From Eledone cirrhosa (Eukaryota): 64,000 bases of DNA. The DNA is taken from NCBI GenBank assembly GCA_964016885.1, contig OZ024743.1:112840001-112904000 (forward strand). The letters are read 5' to 3'. A model generated the notes under the pieces. That model saw nothing but the letters and a program-made list of their open reading frames with translations. It was not told the origin of the DNA and did no database searches. Within the stretch, counting starts at the first letter, position 1. Every line of letters begins with the position of its first letter. Made by a program: the position numbers and the translations under genes. Of this stretch, positions 30,906 to 45,060 are shown piece after piece.

Positions 30906-31507
30906 ATAAGCCTACGTGTTATTAGTACGTCAGTCCATGTGTGTGCGCGTGTGTGTGTACGTCAGTGCGTGTATGTGTGTGTGTGTCTTTGCGTGTATGT
31001 GTGTTAGAGATTGAGAGAAAACGAGGTGAGACAGTGAAAAGGTATACATACAGACACACACAGAGACAGGCACACAAACAGATAGACAAACACGCAAAAA
31101 ATCAGACAGGTACGCAGACATAAATAGACAGACAGCCAAATAGATATTTACAGAGAGAGAGAGAGAGTGAGAGAGAGAGAAACAGACATACAGTAAGATG
31201 GAATAGTAGGAACGTGTTTGAATCTAGTTCTTTCCATACGTGACTGCCTGAAGGCCGGTGTGGGGAGCAAATAATTGTGATGAATATCTACTTGCATATT
31301 ACGTGACAAATAAAATCAAACATGGAGGCGAAACACCGCCAAAGGAATAAACTGAAGTACTATACAAATAAATAAATAAATAAATTTAAAAAAATGGGTC
31401 GCGCCAACTCATGTGTATCGCAGCCCAAACGGCAAGCACGTGTACATGTATATGAAAATTTGCACGTGTCAGAGAGAGAGAATGTTGGTTGCGAGAATGT
31501 GAAAAAG

Positions 31508-31593
<86 letters not shown>

Positions 31594-31598
31594 GTATA

Positions 31599-31683
<85 letters not shown>

Positions 31684-31814
31684 GTATACATATTTATATG
31701 TATATATATGTGTATATATATATATATGTATATGTGTATATATATATATGTGTATAGATATATATGTATATATATATGTGTATATATATATATATATGTA
31801 TATATATGTGTATA

Positions 31815-31885
<71 letters not shown>

Positions 31886-31952
31886 GTAGAACACTGGAAG
31901 GTAATATCCGTAGTGTTAGAGCACTCAGTCCATGGGACGAGTTAGGTAGAAT

Positions 31953-32083
31953 TGGTTACACAACAGTTAGTTCACCATACCGAGAACAATTGTTTCACCT
32001 TAGCGGATCCTCAGCTCGTAATCTGAGGATCCGCTAAGGTGAAACAATTGTTCTCGGTATGGTGAACTAACTGTTGTGTAACC

Positions 32084-32084
<1 letters not shown>
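31953..32084. repeat. Perfect 62-bp-arm hairpin with an 8-nt spacer, consisting mostly of a hammerhead
   Basis: 31953-32014 is the reverse complement of 32023-32084. Confidence 0.95.
31981..32018 (-). ncRNA. Type I minimal hammerhead ribozyme
   Basis: cgag CUGAGGA u-cc-gcuaa-gg-u GAAA caauug UU cucg. Confidence 0.78.
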
Positions 32085-32169
<85 letters not shown>

Positions 32170-32170
<1 letters not shown>

Positions 32171-33410
32171 TGTGTATTTTTCTAGGGCGGGTAAAATTCC
32201 CGAGATCCATGGACGAGTTCTCTCTAGCGGTCTCTGTTTCTCATTATCGCTGCCTTGGTCTGTTGGAGACGCAGAAAGCGTCTCCAACAGACCAGTGTCT
32301 GTCCTTAGGGAATCAACATACGTTAACCTTGGTCTTCCTCTTCCAGTGTGTCCTGTAGGGGCTCCCACAGGAGGACTGACTGCAATGTCAACTCTGGATG
32401 TCGGTGAGCATGTCCAGCTAACCTCAGTCTCCTCTGTGTCACTTTTGAGCTGACTTTTGGGAGGCTCCCATACAGCTCTGAGTTTTTCATCCTCAGTGTA
32501 TACTGATTAATGTTCAGAGCCATCCTCAGCATTCTCGTGTAGGACCCATCCACCATCTGAGTGAGTTTCTTGGTCAGTGTCCAAGTCTCAAACCCGTACA
32601 GCAGCACAGACTCCACTACAGCAATGAAGAGGCGGATTTTCAGGTCTTTACAAAGGTCCGACTTCCACACCGATCTCAAGCTGTAGCACGCCGCCCAGGC
32701 TTTGCTCTTCCACTCAAGCACATCATCTTCCGTATTCCCAATCTTTGTTCCCAAATACAGGAAGTCCTCAACCAATTCTAGTGGCTTCCCGCCTACATTA
32801 GTGATCCCCTCTGGCTTCTCAACATTCTCTACCAGATATTTTGTTTTAGTCTCATTCATTCTCAGCCCCACACTCATCGACACATTTTCAACCTCCTGCA
32901 TCAAATCCTCTGCCTCCTTCACTGTATTTGTCACTAAAACTATGTCGTCGGCAAATTCAGCATCCGATATCTTTTTCGCCTTAACTCTCCTGCTCTGAGC
33001 CGGTGCTACAGTAAATCCAGAGTCCTGGTGTTTCTCCAGTGCAAGGCGCATACAATAGTCCACTACGATGATAAAAAGGTAGGGAGCCAATGTATCTCCC
33101 TGGAGCACTCCAGCCAGTATCTCAAAGAACTCTGTCATCCCAACAGGTGTAATGACTTGGGTTTTGCTGTTGGTGTAGAGCAGTGATATCAGGTCCACTA
33201 TCTTCTTGGGGATTCCATAAGCCTGTAAGATCTTCATTAGGCACTGACGGTCCACAGAATCAAAGGCCTTCCTAAAGTCAATGAAAACCATGACCGCAGG
33301 AAGGCACTTTTCTCTAGCTCCCTCTAATATCCTCCTCAACATCAGGATGTGACTGGTGGTTGATCTTCACTCTCTGAAGCCGTTCTGGGTGTCCCTGAGC
33401 TTCTTTTCCA
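32170..33410 (-). mobile_element. 5'-truncated RTE/RTEX-clade LINE
   Basis: ORF 32323-33342: FIDFRKAFDSV, GVLQGDTLAPYLF, FADDI, FLYLG, LLYG.ETWTL, RLRLAGH; a frameshifted ..GRPRLTY terminus. Confidence 0.9.
32323..33342 (-). pseudogene. RTE-type reverse transcriptase fragment (339 aa)
   Basis: RT motifs as above; 5'-truncated, with a 3' frameshift. Confidence 0.88.
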
Positions 33411-33422
33411 TGTGTGTGTATA

Positions 33423-33454
<32 letters not shown>

Positions 33455-33534
33455 CATATATATAAAAAAAAAGATGAAATCGAAAATGCAACTGCAGTCT
33501 TATTTTTGTTTAAATATATATATTTATTTGGTTC

Positions 33535-33570
33535 CTTTACCGGTTTCGCAGTTCTTCTGCTTTTCAAAAG
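33535..33570 (-). ncRNA. Hammerhead motif with a U3-A8 covariant core
   Basis: cuu UUGAAAA gcag-aagaa-cugc GAAA ccgg UA aag. Confidence 0.6.
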
Positions 33571-33758
33571 TAAAGTTGAGATGGAGGGTCTGTGGTTTTT
33601 CTCTAATCTGGTTGGTCTTTGAATGTTACTTGTTTTATATGGAAAAAAGTGCCTCGAAACGCCAGGTTTTTAGAGAAGTAATTTGATTGGTTGGTCAATA
33701 AGTATAATAAATTTCGCGCCAGTTCGCGTTACAAAGTTCTTCAAACAAGGGAGGAGCT

Positions 33759-34616
33759 CAGGTTGTTTTTTTCATATATGAGTGTTTGAATTTCTTTTTA
33801 TTTAAAAGGCTTTTTTTTATAAATGTAATTTGATTGGTTATAACTGAAATTATGGCTGTCACGTGAACAAGTTCATTAAATTTCGCACCCGTATTTGTGA
33901 ATTTATTTTGTAGCCTTTTAGAGAATTTTATGACAAACAAAAAATAATGGTCAAGTGAAATGGGATGGGAGAATTGTTCTGGTTCAGTGAATATAGCAGG
34001 TTGTTTTTTCATATATGAGTGAAATTTGGTTGGGTGATGTAGTCACGTGAATAAGTATATCAGCTTTCGAGTAAGTTTGTTTGAATTTCTTTTTACTTTA
34101 AAAAAGTAGCTCACGAAGGCTTTTTTTAAATAAATGTAATTTGATTGATTATAAATGAAATTATGATTTTCACGTGAACAAGTTCATTAAATTTCGCGCC
34201 CGTATTTGGGAATTTATTTTGTAGCCTTTTAGAGAATTTTATGACAAACAAAAAATAATGGTCAAGTGAAATGGGATGGGAGAATTGTTCTGGTTCAGTG
34301 AATATAGCAGGTTGTTTTTTCATATATGAGTGAAATTTGGTTGGTTGATGTAGTCACGTGAATAAGTATATCAGCTTTCGAGTAAGTTTGTTTGAATTTC
34401 TTTTTACTTTAAAAAAGTAGCTCACGAAGGCTTTTTTTAAATAAATGTAATTTGATTGATTATAAATGAAATTATGATTTTCACGTGAACAAGTTCATTA
34501 AATTTCGCGCCCGTATTTGGGAATTTATTTTGTAGCCTTTTAGAGAATTTTATGACAAGCAAAAGATAATGGTCAAGAGAAATGGGATGGGAGAATTGTT
34601 CTGGTTCAGTGAATAT
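33759..34616. repeat. ~311-bp tandem repeat (about 3 units, the first internally deleted) in the PLE 3' UTR
   Basis: 'caggttgttttttcatatatgagtg' at ~33759, 33997 and 34308. Confidence 0.9.
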
Positions 34617-34973
34617 GGCTGGTTCGCTGGGGTGTCAGAATTCAGATTTTCTATTGAAATAAAGAAAGTAGAGATATGTATGTTTATTTGTGTGCTTGTG
34701 TGTGTGTGTGTCTGTGTGTGTGTGTATAGGAAGATGATTCTATTAGTAGAAATGGGGGAAGGAGTTGTATGCGGGTGTGCGTGTGTATATGGGTGTTATG
34801 TGTGTGTGTCTGGGAGTATGTTAAGATGGAGAGAATATATATATTTTGTGTGTGTGTATGTGTGTAGGAAAGTGATTCTATTAGTAGAAATAGGGGAGAG
34901 GTTGTGTGGGGAGGTGTTATGTGTGTGTGAGAGTATGGTTAGCATGTTAAGATGAAGAGAATATATATTTTGT

Positions 34974-35084
<111 letters not shown>

Positions 35085-35639
35085 CAAAATGATTCCGTTA
35101 GTAGGAATATTTTTGAATGAACATATTTTCCTTACTTATTCGTATTTGTTCTGTTGTATTGTCAGTGCAAACGTATGTTAAGATTTATTTAGTTCGGGTT
35201 TTTATTTTCTAAAGTAGGTGTTATGTGTGTATGTATGTGTCTGTTTGGATGGTTAGTATGTTATGGTGTTGACATAATGTATATTAAACCATATTTAATG
35301 CTGGTCTATATTTTAGAATAAACATATTTTCCTTATTTATTCGTACTTGTTCTGTTGTATTGTTAGCGCAAAAGTAAAATGGGAAGACTTGGAATTTGGG
35401 TGTCTTATTACTTGCGCATATGTCTAGATATGCACTTAGTGGTATCTGTCTCGTGGTTGGATCTCGTAATTGTTGGTGATGAACTGTCATTCTGTTTCTG
35501 AGTGTGAGTTTAGTTTGTCCTATATAATCTTCATTGCATCCTTTACATTTAATGGCATAAATTAAATTTTTTATAAGCAAGTGAAGTGCTCCTGTGGGAG
35601 CCCCTGCATGGACACACGAGAAGAGGAAGACCGAGGTTG

Positions 35640-35775
<136 letters not shown>

Positions 35776-35856
35776 GGTAAACAGAAATAACAAAACAGTC
35801 CGTACAGTATATGGAAGGAATATATTAGGTTAACGCTTGAAATACCAGGAAGAGGG

Positions 35857-35892
35857 TCTCAACGTTTCGGACGCTAATCCTTCATCAGAAGA
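35857..35892 (-). ncRNA. Minimal hammerhead motif
   Basis: ucuu CUGAUGA a gga-uuagcg-ucc GAAA cg UU gaga; palindromic AACGUU stem III would need a dimer. Confidence 0.6.
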
Positions 35893-36130
35893 AAGAATGA
35901 GAAATTAAATAGATTGACAAGAAAATATTATAATAATAAAAGACGTACATTCCTATTTATTTTATTATACGTATAACAAAATAAACAGGTATGCACGAAT
36001 AAAACCGCCTTTCTTGTTTATTATTATAATAAAACTCCAGATTAATAAAGCCGTGGAGTGCTTCACATCTGTTAAGAAAACGTCGGTAAATTTTCAGTCA
36101 ACCAACTTTCTTCAATTGAATAAAAGTATG

Positions 36131-36169
<39 letters not shown>

Positions 36170-36621
36170 ATAAATCAGGATAGAACCAGTTTAAAACTAG
36201 TTAGACCATTACACTGCAGAGTACTCGAGACAGAGGTAGTACAATAAGGCTACATTATAAAGAGTTGGGACCCGACGGCTGAACTCTTGCCGTTTCAATA
36301 GCTAGTTCTAGAGGTAGATGGAGAGATAGATAAAGCGATAAAGATAGAGAGAAAGAGAGAGAGAGAGGGGGTGAAAGATAGATATATTTCTTTATTTGCC
36401 ACAAGGGTGCACAAGAAAAGGGGACAATACAAAGACACATGCCGGGGATTTTACATACAGTCGTGTAAAAATAATGAAACAAACAATTATAACAATCGAA
36501 ATCCTCAATAGGGGGGAGACGCCACAAATGGGTTGTTTAATACCCCGTCGATAGAACAACCCTCAACTTCAGGAGCGTGTTGTGCAAGTGCTCCTTTCTT
36601 CCTTTTGCTCTCTTCTTTAAC

Positions 36622-39600
36622 CTACAGGCTTATAAACAGAGAAAGCCCAATCACTCGGGCCATTTTTGCCACATTCACCCACCTTTCAGTAAATTTACTG
36701 GGGTGCAGTGCCTCTCTCTCCACTCTGATTCTCCTACTAAAGTGATACTTAAAGAAGGGAATCAATTGTTGTCCGGAGAGAAAGGCATCTGTTCTCAGTC
36801 CTCTCAATCTCGTCCATCATATGACCTCTTTCACTATAGCCACTGTACAGAGGAAAACCGCCTCTCTTTCGTTTTTGAAAGAGGCTGGCGGTTTGATCCT
36901 TACTATGGACTCGGCAGTCAACTGGATTTGTCCCATACGCGACAGCAGTTGTTCTGCATAGTTCCACAGGTCGCTTACGCCCGGGCAGTGTACAATTGCG
37001 TGAAGGAAGGTTTCAATGTCCTGCTAGCATCTTGGACACGTCCTCTTGGAAGGATCCCTGCCGGGGCGACCGTGCCTGTAGATCTTGTCTCGAACGAGTA
37101 GAGCTCCTCGGTAGCACTGCCAGGCCAGGGACCTCTGGAAGTTGTCCATAGGTCCCGGCCGTAAAGTCCTACCGAACAGACTGGTGAGCTCGTCGTCTTC
37201 GACGCCTAGAGTCTCCCCGAGCACGTCGTCGCACTTGAAAAGTACTAACCCTCTATAGAATGTCGAAGTGGAGTCTCCACTGATTGCTGTGCCGGCTTGA
37301 CAGAGGACTGTGAGAGCCTGGGCACATTCAATGTGCCAGGCGCCCATCTTCTTCGGTCTTCGCTTGACCCAGGACTGCAGCTCCGTCAGCGAGACAAGTT
37401 GTGGGAAGGCCTGTCTCACAAACGGTGCCCACACCGGTTGGTCGGTGAGGAATACCTGGAGATGCCGTAGCATTAGCGCATGCTTGCGCATCATTAGCCA
37501 CGGCATCCCCAACCCTCCGTTGGAAGGGTGTTGACAGCAGACGGATCTCCTCACCAGTCGAGCCTGCTTCTTCCACAGGAACTGGAAGAGCATGCGTTCC
37601 ATCTTGGTGAGGTATTCACGGGGACAAGGCACGACAGTCAAGCGGTAGTAGATGACGGACGCTATGAAAGTGTTCGCTACCCCCGCTCGACCTTTCAAAG
37701 ACAGTTTGCATTCTGCCCACTTCTGGGTGAACGCAAATACCTTGGCCATGACCTCGTTCCAGTTTTTCTCCACCTGGAGGTCTGGACCGACCCAGACCCC
37801 GAGCAATTTCACTGGTCCTTCTGTCCAGCGTCCAACAACGCTGTCGGACAGCATCGGTTTGCCTCTCCACGTTCCGAGTTGCAAACCGACAGACTTGTCC
37901 GGGGTCAGTTTTGCTCCTGTGAAACTTTTGTATTTCTGTAGTAGGTTGCCGATTACCTCGATTTCCGAGGTTTTCGACACCATTACCGTCACATCGTCGG
38001 CATAAGCCGACGCCGCTTTTCGCAGTCCCGGTTCTAAATGGATGCCCTGCAAAAGCTCCAACTTCGGCAGTAGTGGCTCTAGAGTCAATACATACAAAAT
38101 GGAGGAGAGAGGGCATCCCTGTCGAATGGAACGAGTGATTGACCTTCGCGCAGATGTTGGGGTGCATCGCCTTGATCCAGCCCCTGAAAACGGGACCGAA
38201 ACTGGCCGCCTTGAGAACCGCTTCCATGTATCGCTGGTCGACCCTATCGAATGCCTTAGATTGATCTAAATTGATCAGAGCCCCACCGAAGCCGGGTTTA
38301 CACCCCCCCCCCTCTCTCTATGATGTATCACATGAGGTGGAGGTTGTCGTGTATGGACCTTGTCGGGATTGCACACGTTTGCGCTTTCCCTACTAGGTTT
38401 TCGACGACAAGCGCCAGCCTCGCTGCTAGCACTTTGGCCAAAATCTTTAACTCTGTGTTGAGTTATGGGCCTGAAATTGTTTATTTCGTGCCCCTTGTTC
38501 TCATCTTTCCTGATCAGAGTTACTACGCCCTTGTCTGCAGAACTGGGAGTTGTCCCGTTCTGCTGCCAATTGCAGTAGACGGCTTCGAGGACGCAGAGAA
38601 CAAGTCCGGCATGCCTATGTAAAACTCATAGGGTAGACTATCTAGACTGGGTGATTTGCGTTTCCCGCAGCGGCCCAGAGCGTCCCGTATCTCAGTGGCT
38701 GTGATCGGTCTTTCGCAGAACTCGGAGTCCATGCTCGAGAGACGCGGCAGGCCGTCGAAGTATGAACCAAAGTCCATTGCTCCGTTCGGTGCACCGTCGT
38801 TCTGCTCAAACAGTCGCGCAAAGTGCCGCTGAAAGGCCGCGCAAATCTGCCTAGGGTCAAGTAGTACGCGTCCGTTTTGGTCTTTCAAAGACCGAATCGT
38901 GGACTTGTTGCCACTTTTCGCTTCCGCCACTCGGGCCCAGCTAACAGCTTTTGCTCCCTCGTTTCCTAGAGCACGTGATTTACTTCTGACCACGCAGCCT
39001 TCGTGATTCGCGTAGAAGAACTGGTCCAGTGCCGTTCTCGATGCTAGCACTCTAGCTGCATTGCCACTCCTAAGCGCCTCTTCTACCTTGCCTACTAGTT
39101 CTGTGTCTGATTTGTTTTTCTCTAAAGCTAATTCTCTGCTAAACCCTATCGATTCTACTCTAATTGCTCTCTTGAGAAAGTACCACCATCTATTATTGAC
39201 GATGGTTCCCCTCAACTCTTGCTTAACTAATCTACTTATCCGTTCACTGTAGACTTTTCGTGCCGGCAACGACACGTTCAGCTTCCAGTATCCGGGTCCT
39301 TGTCTATGTATTCTATCACGGTTGACTATGCAGACGACTAGTTTGTGATCTGAATAGGCAACCATGTGCATTTGTGGACAGCTTATCATCTTCTTGTCCT
39401 TCTCTCTAATGAAAAACCTATCTAGATACGATCTAGATTTCCCGCTGCGGTTTGCCCACGTCCACTGTGGTGCAGTCGGGAAATCTAGTCGATATCTATC
39501 GGCCAGTTGGAATTTGCCGATTAGATTTTTGAGGCTGTTGCAACCCCTCTACTGGGACATGCTCCCACATATTCCCATCGTGCATCTAGGATACCATGCC

Positions 39601-40010
39601 AGTCCCCCACTAAAAGCAAGGATCGAGACGTTCCCAGAAAAGACTCTAGACGCTTAAAGAAGTCTGGCCGCGATTGTGATTGCCACCAGTCTGAACGCTC
39701 CACCTCCAATACTGTTCACGTCTAGGACTACCAGTCTACCCTCCGGGTCCAAGTGTACTTGCTGTACTTCGAGATCCAGGTTTTTCCGAAACATGATAGT
39801 CACTCCCCCTCCACCTCCCGGCTGACAGAGAGATGCGTAGATCTCAAAGTCATTGAAGATGGGGGTTAGCTGCTGCCTGTTGTAGATCCTGGACTCGGTG
39901 ATGGCTATTACATCTATACCGTGTGACCTAAGGTTGTTTAAAAGTTGGCCCTGTTTCCAGCGCATCCCTAGGCCACGCACATTCACGCTTCCAACTCGTA
40001 AGTCAGCCAT
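36622..40010 (-). pseudogene. Tx1-like ORF2 (APE endonuclease, RT, Cys motif), multiply frameshifted
   Basis: ORF fragments 39654-40010, 39521-39709, 38523-39389, 37024-38097 and 36622-36807. Confidence 0.9.
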
Positions 40011-40239
40011 GTTGGTGGAGAAGAGTTGGCGAAAAGGACGAAAAGGTGCACTTACCTTTTCGTTTCCTGGAGATCGGGTTGTTCAATCTCCATTTCAGTT
40101 CTGGTGGGGGTGTTGAGTGGGGTGGCGAAACATTTCAACAGGACACGGTTTATTGGTTTTTGGCAGGAGTTGCCAACGTCCGGTGAAAACTGTTCTTTGA
40201 ATTTCTGATAGGTTTCTATCGAAACCTTTATTAGTTTTA

Positions 40240-41750
40240 GGTGTGGTTGAGAGTCTGCTTTGACAAAAGTTTTCCCCTCAGTTCCACTTTGTGGTTCTGT
40301 GAGATGACCTCCATTAAATTTTTCTTGTTGGTGTTGATGTATGTATATTGTTGTTTTGGTTTTGGTTGTGTCTTTTTAGTTTGTTGTTCGTCTGTGAGTT
40401 TTCTTTTTTGTGTTTGGGGTGGTGTTGGTGTTTGTTTTGTTGGTAGGGGGAGGTTTGGTTGTGGTGTTGTTTGTGTTGTTGTTTGTGTTGTTGTTTGTGT
40501 CTGTGGTTGTGTGTTGGTGTTGGTGATTGGAGTTTTGGGGGTTTGGGGGTGTCTCTTTTTTTGTTTTTTGGATTTCCGAGGCTCTTCTTCTTCACTTAAA
40601 GAAGGAGAAGCAGCCTCATCTGTTGATGAATAATCATCATCAGGAGTGTGGGATAGGAGTATGTTGTGTGGTGATGGCGTTTTGGTGTGTTTGTAGTAGT
40701 GTTGGATTGAGTGGGGTGGGGTGGGGCTGTGTTCTTCAGGGGTGCTGTCTGTGTTTTTCTATTGTTTGTGGTTGAGTGGTTGTTTGTTTGGGTGTGTTTG
40801 CTTATTTTGTGTGTTGTTGTTGTTGTGGTTGTTGTGGTGGTGGTGGTGATTGTTTTGGTGTTGGTGTTGGTAAAAGTACCTTTTTTTTTATTTGTTTGTA
40901 AAGGACAGGAGGCTTTTAGGTGTGATGTGCTTGCACATCGAAAACAGTGTGGCTTTCTTTCTTCAGTTACAATGTTAATGTAGTTTTGGTTGTCGACCAG
41001 CACACTTTCCGGGATTTTGGAAATTCTTTCTGGTTTTATTTGTATCAGGATTTCCAAATTTGACCCTGCCCACCTTTGTCTGGTCGACTTCCTGACCGAA
41101 AGAATTGTGTCACTTTCTGGCTATACCAACCCTGCTAAGATCCACCAAATGTTGATGTTTGGTGGTATGTTATTTATTTTAATTTTTTTGTGTTCTTTTT
41201 CCCATGTAAGTAGGGAAAAAGGTGTGTGTTTTTGTGATGACTGGTGTAACAGAATGCTTTTGTGCGAGGGCCTCGCTTTTAAAAAGTACCGAAATACTTC
41301 CATATGGTCTGGCCCTCTGCATAAAATCAATGTCCGGCAGAGCCTCTTTCAAGGTGGTTTCAATTTCCCCTTGACTGAGGAATACCGGCTTTTTTATTTG
41401 ATTTGAGACAGTTCTGAAGGTTACCGTTCTTTGAACTGTTTCTTGTTTAATTTCCAAGGGTGAGTTTATATGAAATCCACCCTTTTCTTCAAAGGTTATA
41501 AATTGTTTCGCATCAGACAACATCTGTTTTGAATTACTGATGTCAAACTCTTTATATTCTGTTTTTTTTTATTAATGTGCGAATGTTGTTTTTTCAGTTT
41601 TGTTGTTGTTGTTGGTTTTTTCGTGAGTTGTTGTGTTAATTGTTTCAATTTCTGCATTTTCTGTATTTGTTGGTGTCTATTGTGGGCTGTTATTTTCATC
41701 TTTTGTTGTGCAAATATCCATTTCTTTACGAAACGAATTTTGTTGTTGTT
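40240..41750 (-). pseudogene. Tx1-like ORF1 with a zinc knuckle and a Thr/Gln/Lys-rich region
   Basis: Fragments 41179-41523, 41121-41330, 40596-41057 (CX2CX4HX4C) and 40314-40595. Confidence 0.75.
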
Positions 41751-41757
41751 TGTCTCC

Positions 41758-41850
<93 letters not shown>

Positions 41851-41851
41851 G

Positions 41852-41910
<59 letters not shown>
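41758..41910. repeat. (GATA)n array between two Tx1 copies
   Basis: Direct reading. Confidence 0.97.
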
Positions 41911-41911
<1 letters not shown>

Positions 41912-42937
41912 TATTTCTTTATTAGCCACAGGGGCACAAAAGAAGGGGACAAATACAAAGGGGGAAGTTTACATACAATAAAAACGTGTAAAATGTTATC
42001 ACAGATGGAATTTAAAAGTTAGTCGATTTTCCCCAATAGAGGGAGACAGTTTATATGGGTAACACAGACCCCCGAAAAAAATGTGCAACCCTCATCTCCA
42101 GGAGTACGAAGAGCTTGTACTCCTTTCCTCTCCTCCTCCTTTTCCTCAACCTACAGGCTGATATAGAGAGAAGGCCCATTCACTCGGGCCATTCTCGCCA
42201 CTTTCACCCACCTTTCATAAAACTTGCTGGGGTACAGCACCTCTCTCTCCATCCTGATTCTTCTTCCAAAGTGGTATTTGAAAAAAAGAATCAGTTGTTG
42301 GCCGGAGAGAAAGGTGTCTGACCTCAGCCCTTTCAACCTTGTCCACCATACAACCTCTTTCGCCATAGCTATCACACAAAGGAAAACCGCCTCTCCTTCG
42401 TTTTTGAAGGAGGGTGGCGGTTTGATCATGACAATGGACTCGGTGGTCAACTGGATTGGTCCCACCCGCGACAATAGTCGTTCTACATAGCCCCACAGGT
42501 CAGTGACGCCCGGGCAGTGTATGAATGCGTGCGCGACGGTTTCTTCGTCTCGCACGCACCTCGGACAGATCTTTTTTGCAGGGTCCCTGCCCGGGCGCCC
42601 ATGTCTGTAGAGCTTGTCTCGAACTGGTAGAGCTCCTCGGTAGCACTGCCAGGCCAGGGACTTTTGGAAGTTGTCCATCGGTCCCGGGCGGAAGGTCCTA
42701 CCGAACAGACTGGCCAGTTCATCTTCCTCCACGCCTAGAGTTTCACCGAGCGCGTCGTCGCACTTGCTGCGGACCAACCCTCTATAGAATGACGAAGTGG
42801 AGTCTCCACTGATCGCCGGGTCCGCCTGCCAGAGGGCTGTGAGCGCCTGAGCACATTCGATGTGCCAGTCGCCCATTTTCCTCGGTCTCTGCTTGACCCA
42901 GGACTGCAGCTCGGTCAGCGAGACGAGTCGTGGGAAG

Positions 42938-42938
<1 letters not shown>
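41911..42938 (-). mobile_element. 5'-truncated Tx1-like LINE with an intact ORF2 C-terminus
   Basis: ORF 42151-42876; (GATA)n on both sides. Confidence 0.93.
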
Positions 42939-42972
<34 letters not shown>

Positions 42973-43426
42973 CGGAGTTTCAGATATTTTATTTAATATC
43001 TACAGCACAGATTTTGTCTTTCTAGAGTATGTTTTAATGCATTACTTCACATATATTTATATAACACTATTGTAATTACAGTGATGAAATATCGCACGCT
43101 TTCCAGCAAAGTACTTTGAAATGATTCATTAATAGTTATTACTACGAGAGAATTTCTAAGTACACTTCTTCATATGTTTACTTATTCAGTCAATATAAAA
43201 ATTACACATCGTTTCATAACTTCCTACGGAAGATATGATAACCTTAACTATTATGAATTGAGGACAAGTGTTTAGAATTCCCACTTCACCTCCGATGTGT
43301 AAGATAAGTGTATGAAACTTTACGCCTAATGCATAGAGCAATTTTAATTAGATCTCTAATTTGATATCTACTAGTATAGGTTATGTTATGTATTTATATT
43401 ATATATAAATACAAAACTACACACAG

Positions 43427-43508
<82 letters not shown>

Positions 43509-43528
43509 ATATATGTATCTGTGCGTAG

Positions 43529-43861
<333 letters not shown>

Positions 43862-43906
43862 ACATATCTGGATACAGTTATGCATAAAGCTAAATCCTAT
43901 TTCTAT

Positions 43907-43982
<76 letters not shown>

Positions 43983-43983
43983 G

Positions 43984-44115
<132 letters not shown>

Positions 44116-44324
44116 TAATCGTATTCCACCTGGCTGTGGTGGGGCTGATAACATTGTTAGAACACAATGTGTCCTTGGAAAGATGATTGCAGCGCGACTA
44201 GGCGGTGTGACTAGTTTTCGTGGTAGGCGATCACCGCTTAAGGTTTCCTCGAAGATCCCCCCAGGGTCCAGTCATTTGTATATATGTTTGTACATAGAAC
44301 AAGGGAAAGAAAGATAAGTCAGAG

Positions 44325-45060
44325 ATATATTTCTTTATTTGCCACAAGGGCGCACTAGAAAAGGGGACAATACAAATACACATGCCGGGGATTTTACATA
44401 CAGTCGTGTAAAAATAATGAAACAAACAATTATAACAATCGAAATCCTCAATAGGGGGGAGACGCCACAAATGGGTTGTTTAATACCCCGTCGATAGAAC
44501 AACCCTCAACTTCAGGAGCGTGTTGTGCAAGTGCTCCTTTCTTCCTTCTGCTCTCTTCTTCAACCTACAGGTTTATATACAGAGAAGGCCCAATCACTCG
44601 GGCCATTTTTGCCACATTCACCCACCTTTCAGAAAATTTACTGGGGTGCAGTGCCTCTCTCTCCACTCTGATTCTCCTTCTAAAGTAGTACCTAAAGAAG
44701 GGAATGAGTTGTTGTCCGGAGAGAAAAACATCTGTCCTCAGTCCTCTCAACCTCGTCCACCATATAACCTCTTTCACGATAGCCACTATACAGAAGAAAA
44801 CAGCCTCTCTTTCGTTTTTAAATGAAGGTTGTTGTTTGATCCTTACTATGGACTCGGCAGTCAACTGGATTTGTCCCACACGCGACAGCATATAGAATGT
44901 CGAAGTGGAGTCTCCACTGATTGCTGTGCTCGCTTGACAGAGGAATGCGAGCGCCTGAGTGCATTCAATGTGCCAGGCGCCCATTTTCTTCGGTCTCCGC
45001 TTGACCCAGGACAGCAGCTCCGTCAGCGAGGCAAGTTGCGGGAAGGCTTGTCTCCCGGTT
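44325..45060 (-). mobile_element. 5'-truncated, internally deleted Tx1-like LINE (same subfamily as 36383)
   Basis: 3' UTR nearly identical to 36383-36620; ORF 44565-44984 lacks ~300 bp. Confidence 0.9.

Larger units (their letters stand above)
36383..41757 (-). mobile_element. Near-full-length decayed Tx1/L1-clade LINE (ORF1 + ORF2)
   Basis: ORF1 pieces with a CCHC knuckle (CFRCASTSHLKASC); ORF2 from 40010 (MADLRVGSVNVRGL..ITES = APE; SDH; WKLN; YADDVTV; CPRC); 3' UTR with AATAAA; 5' end abuts (GATA)n. Confidence 0.93.
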
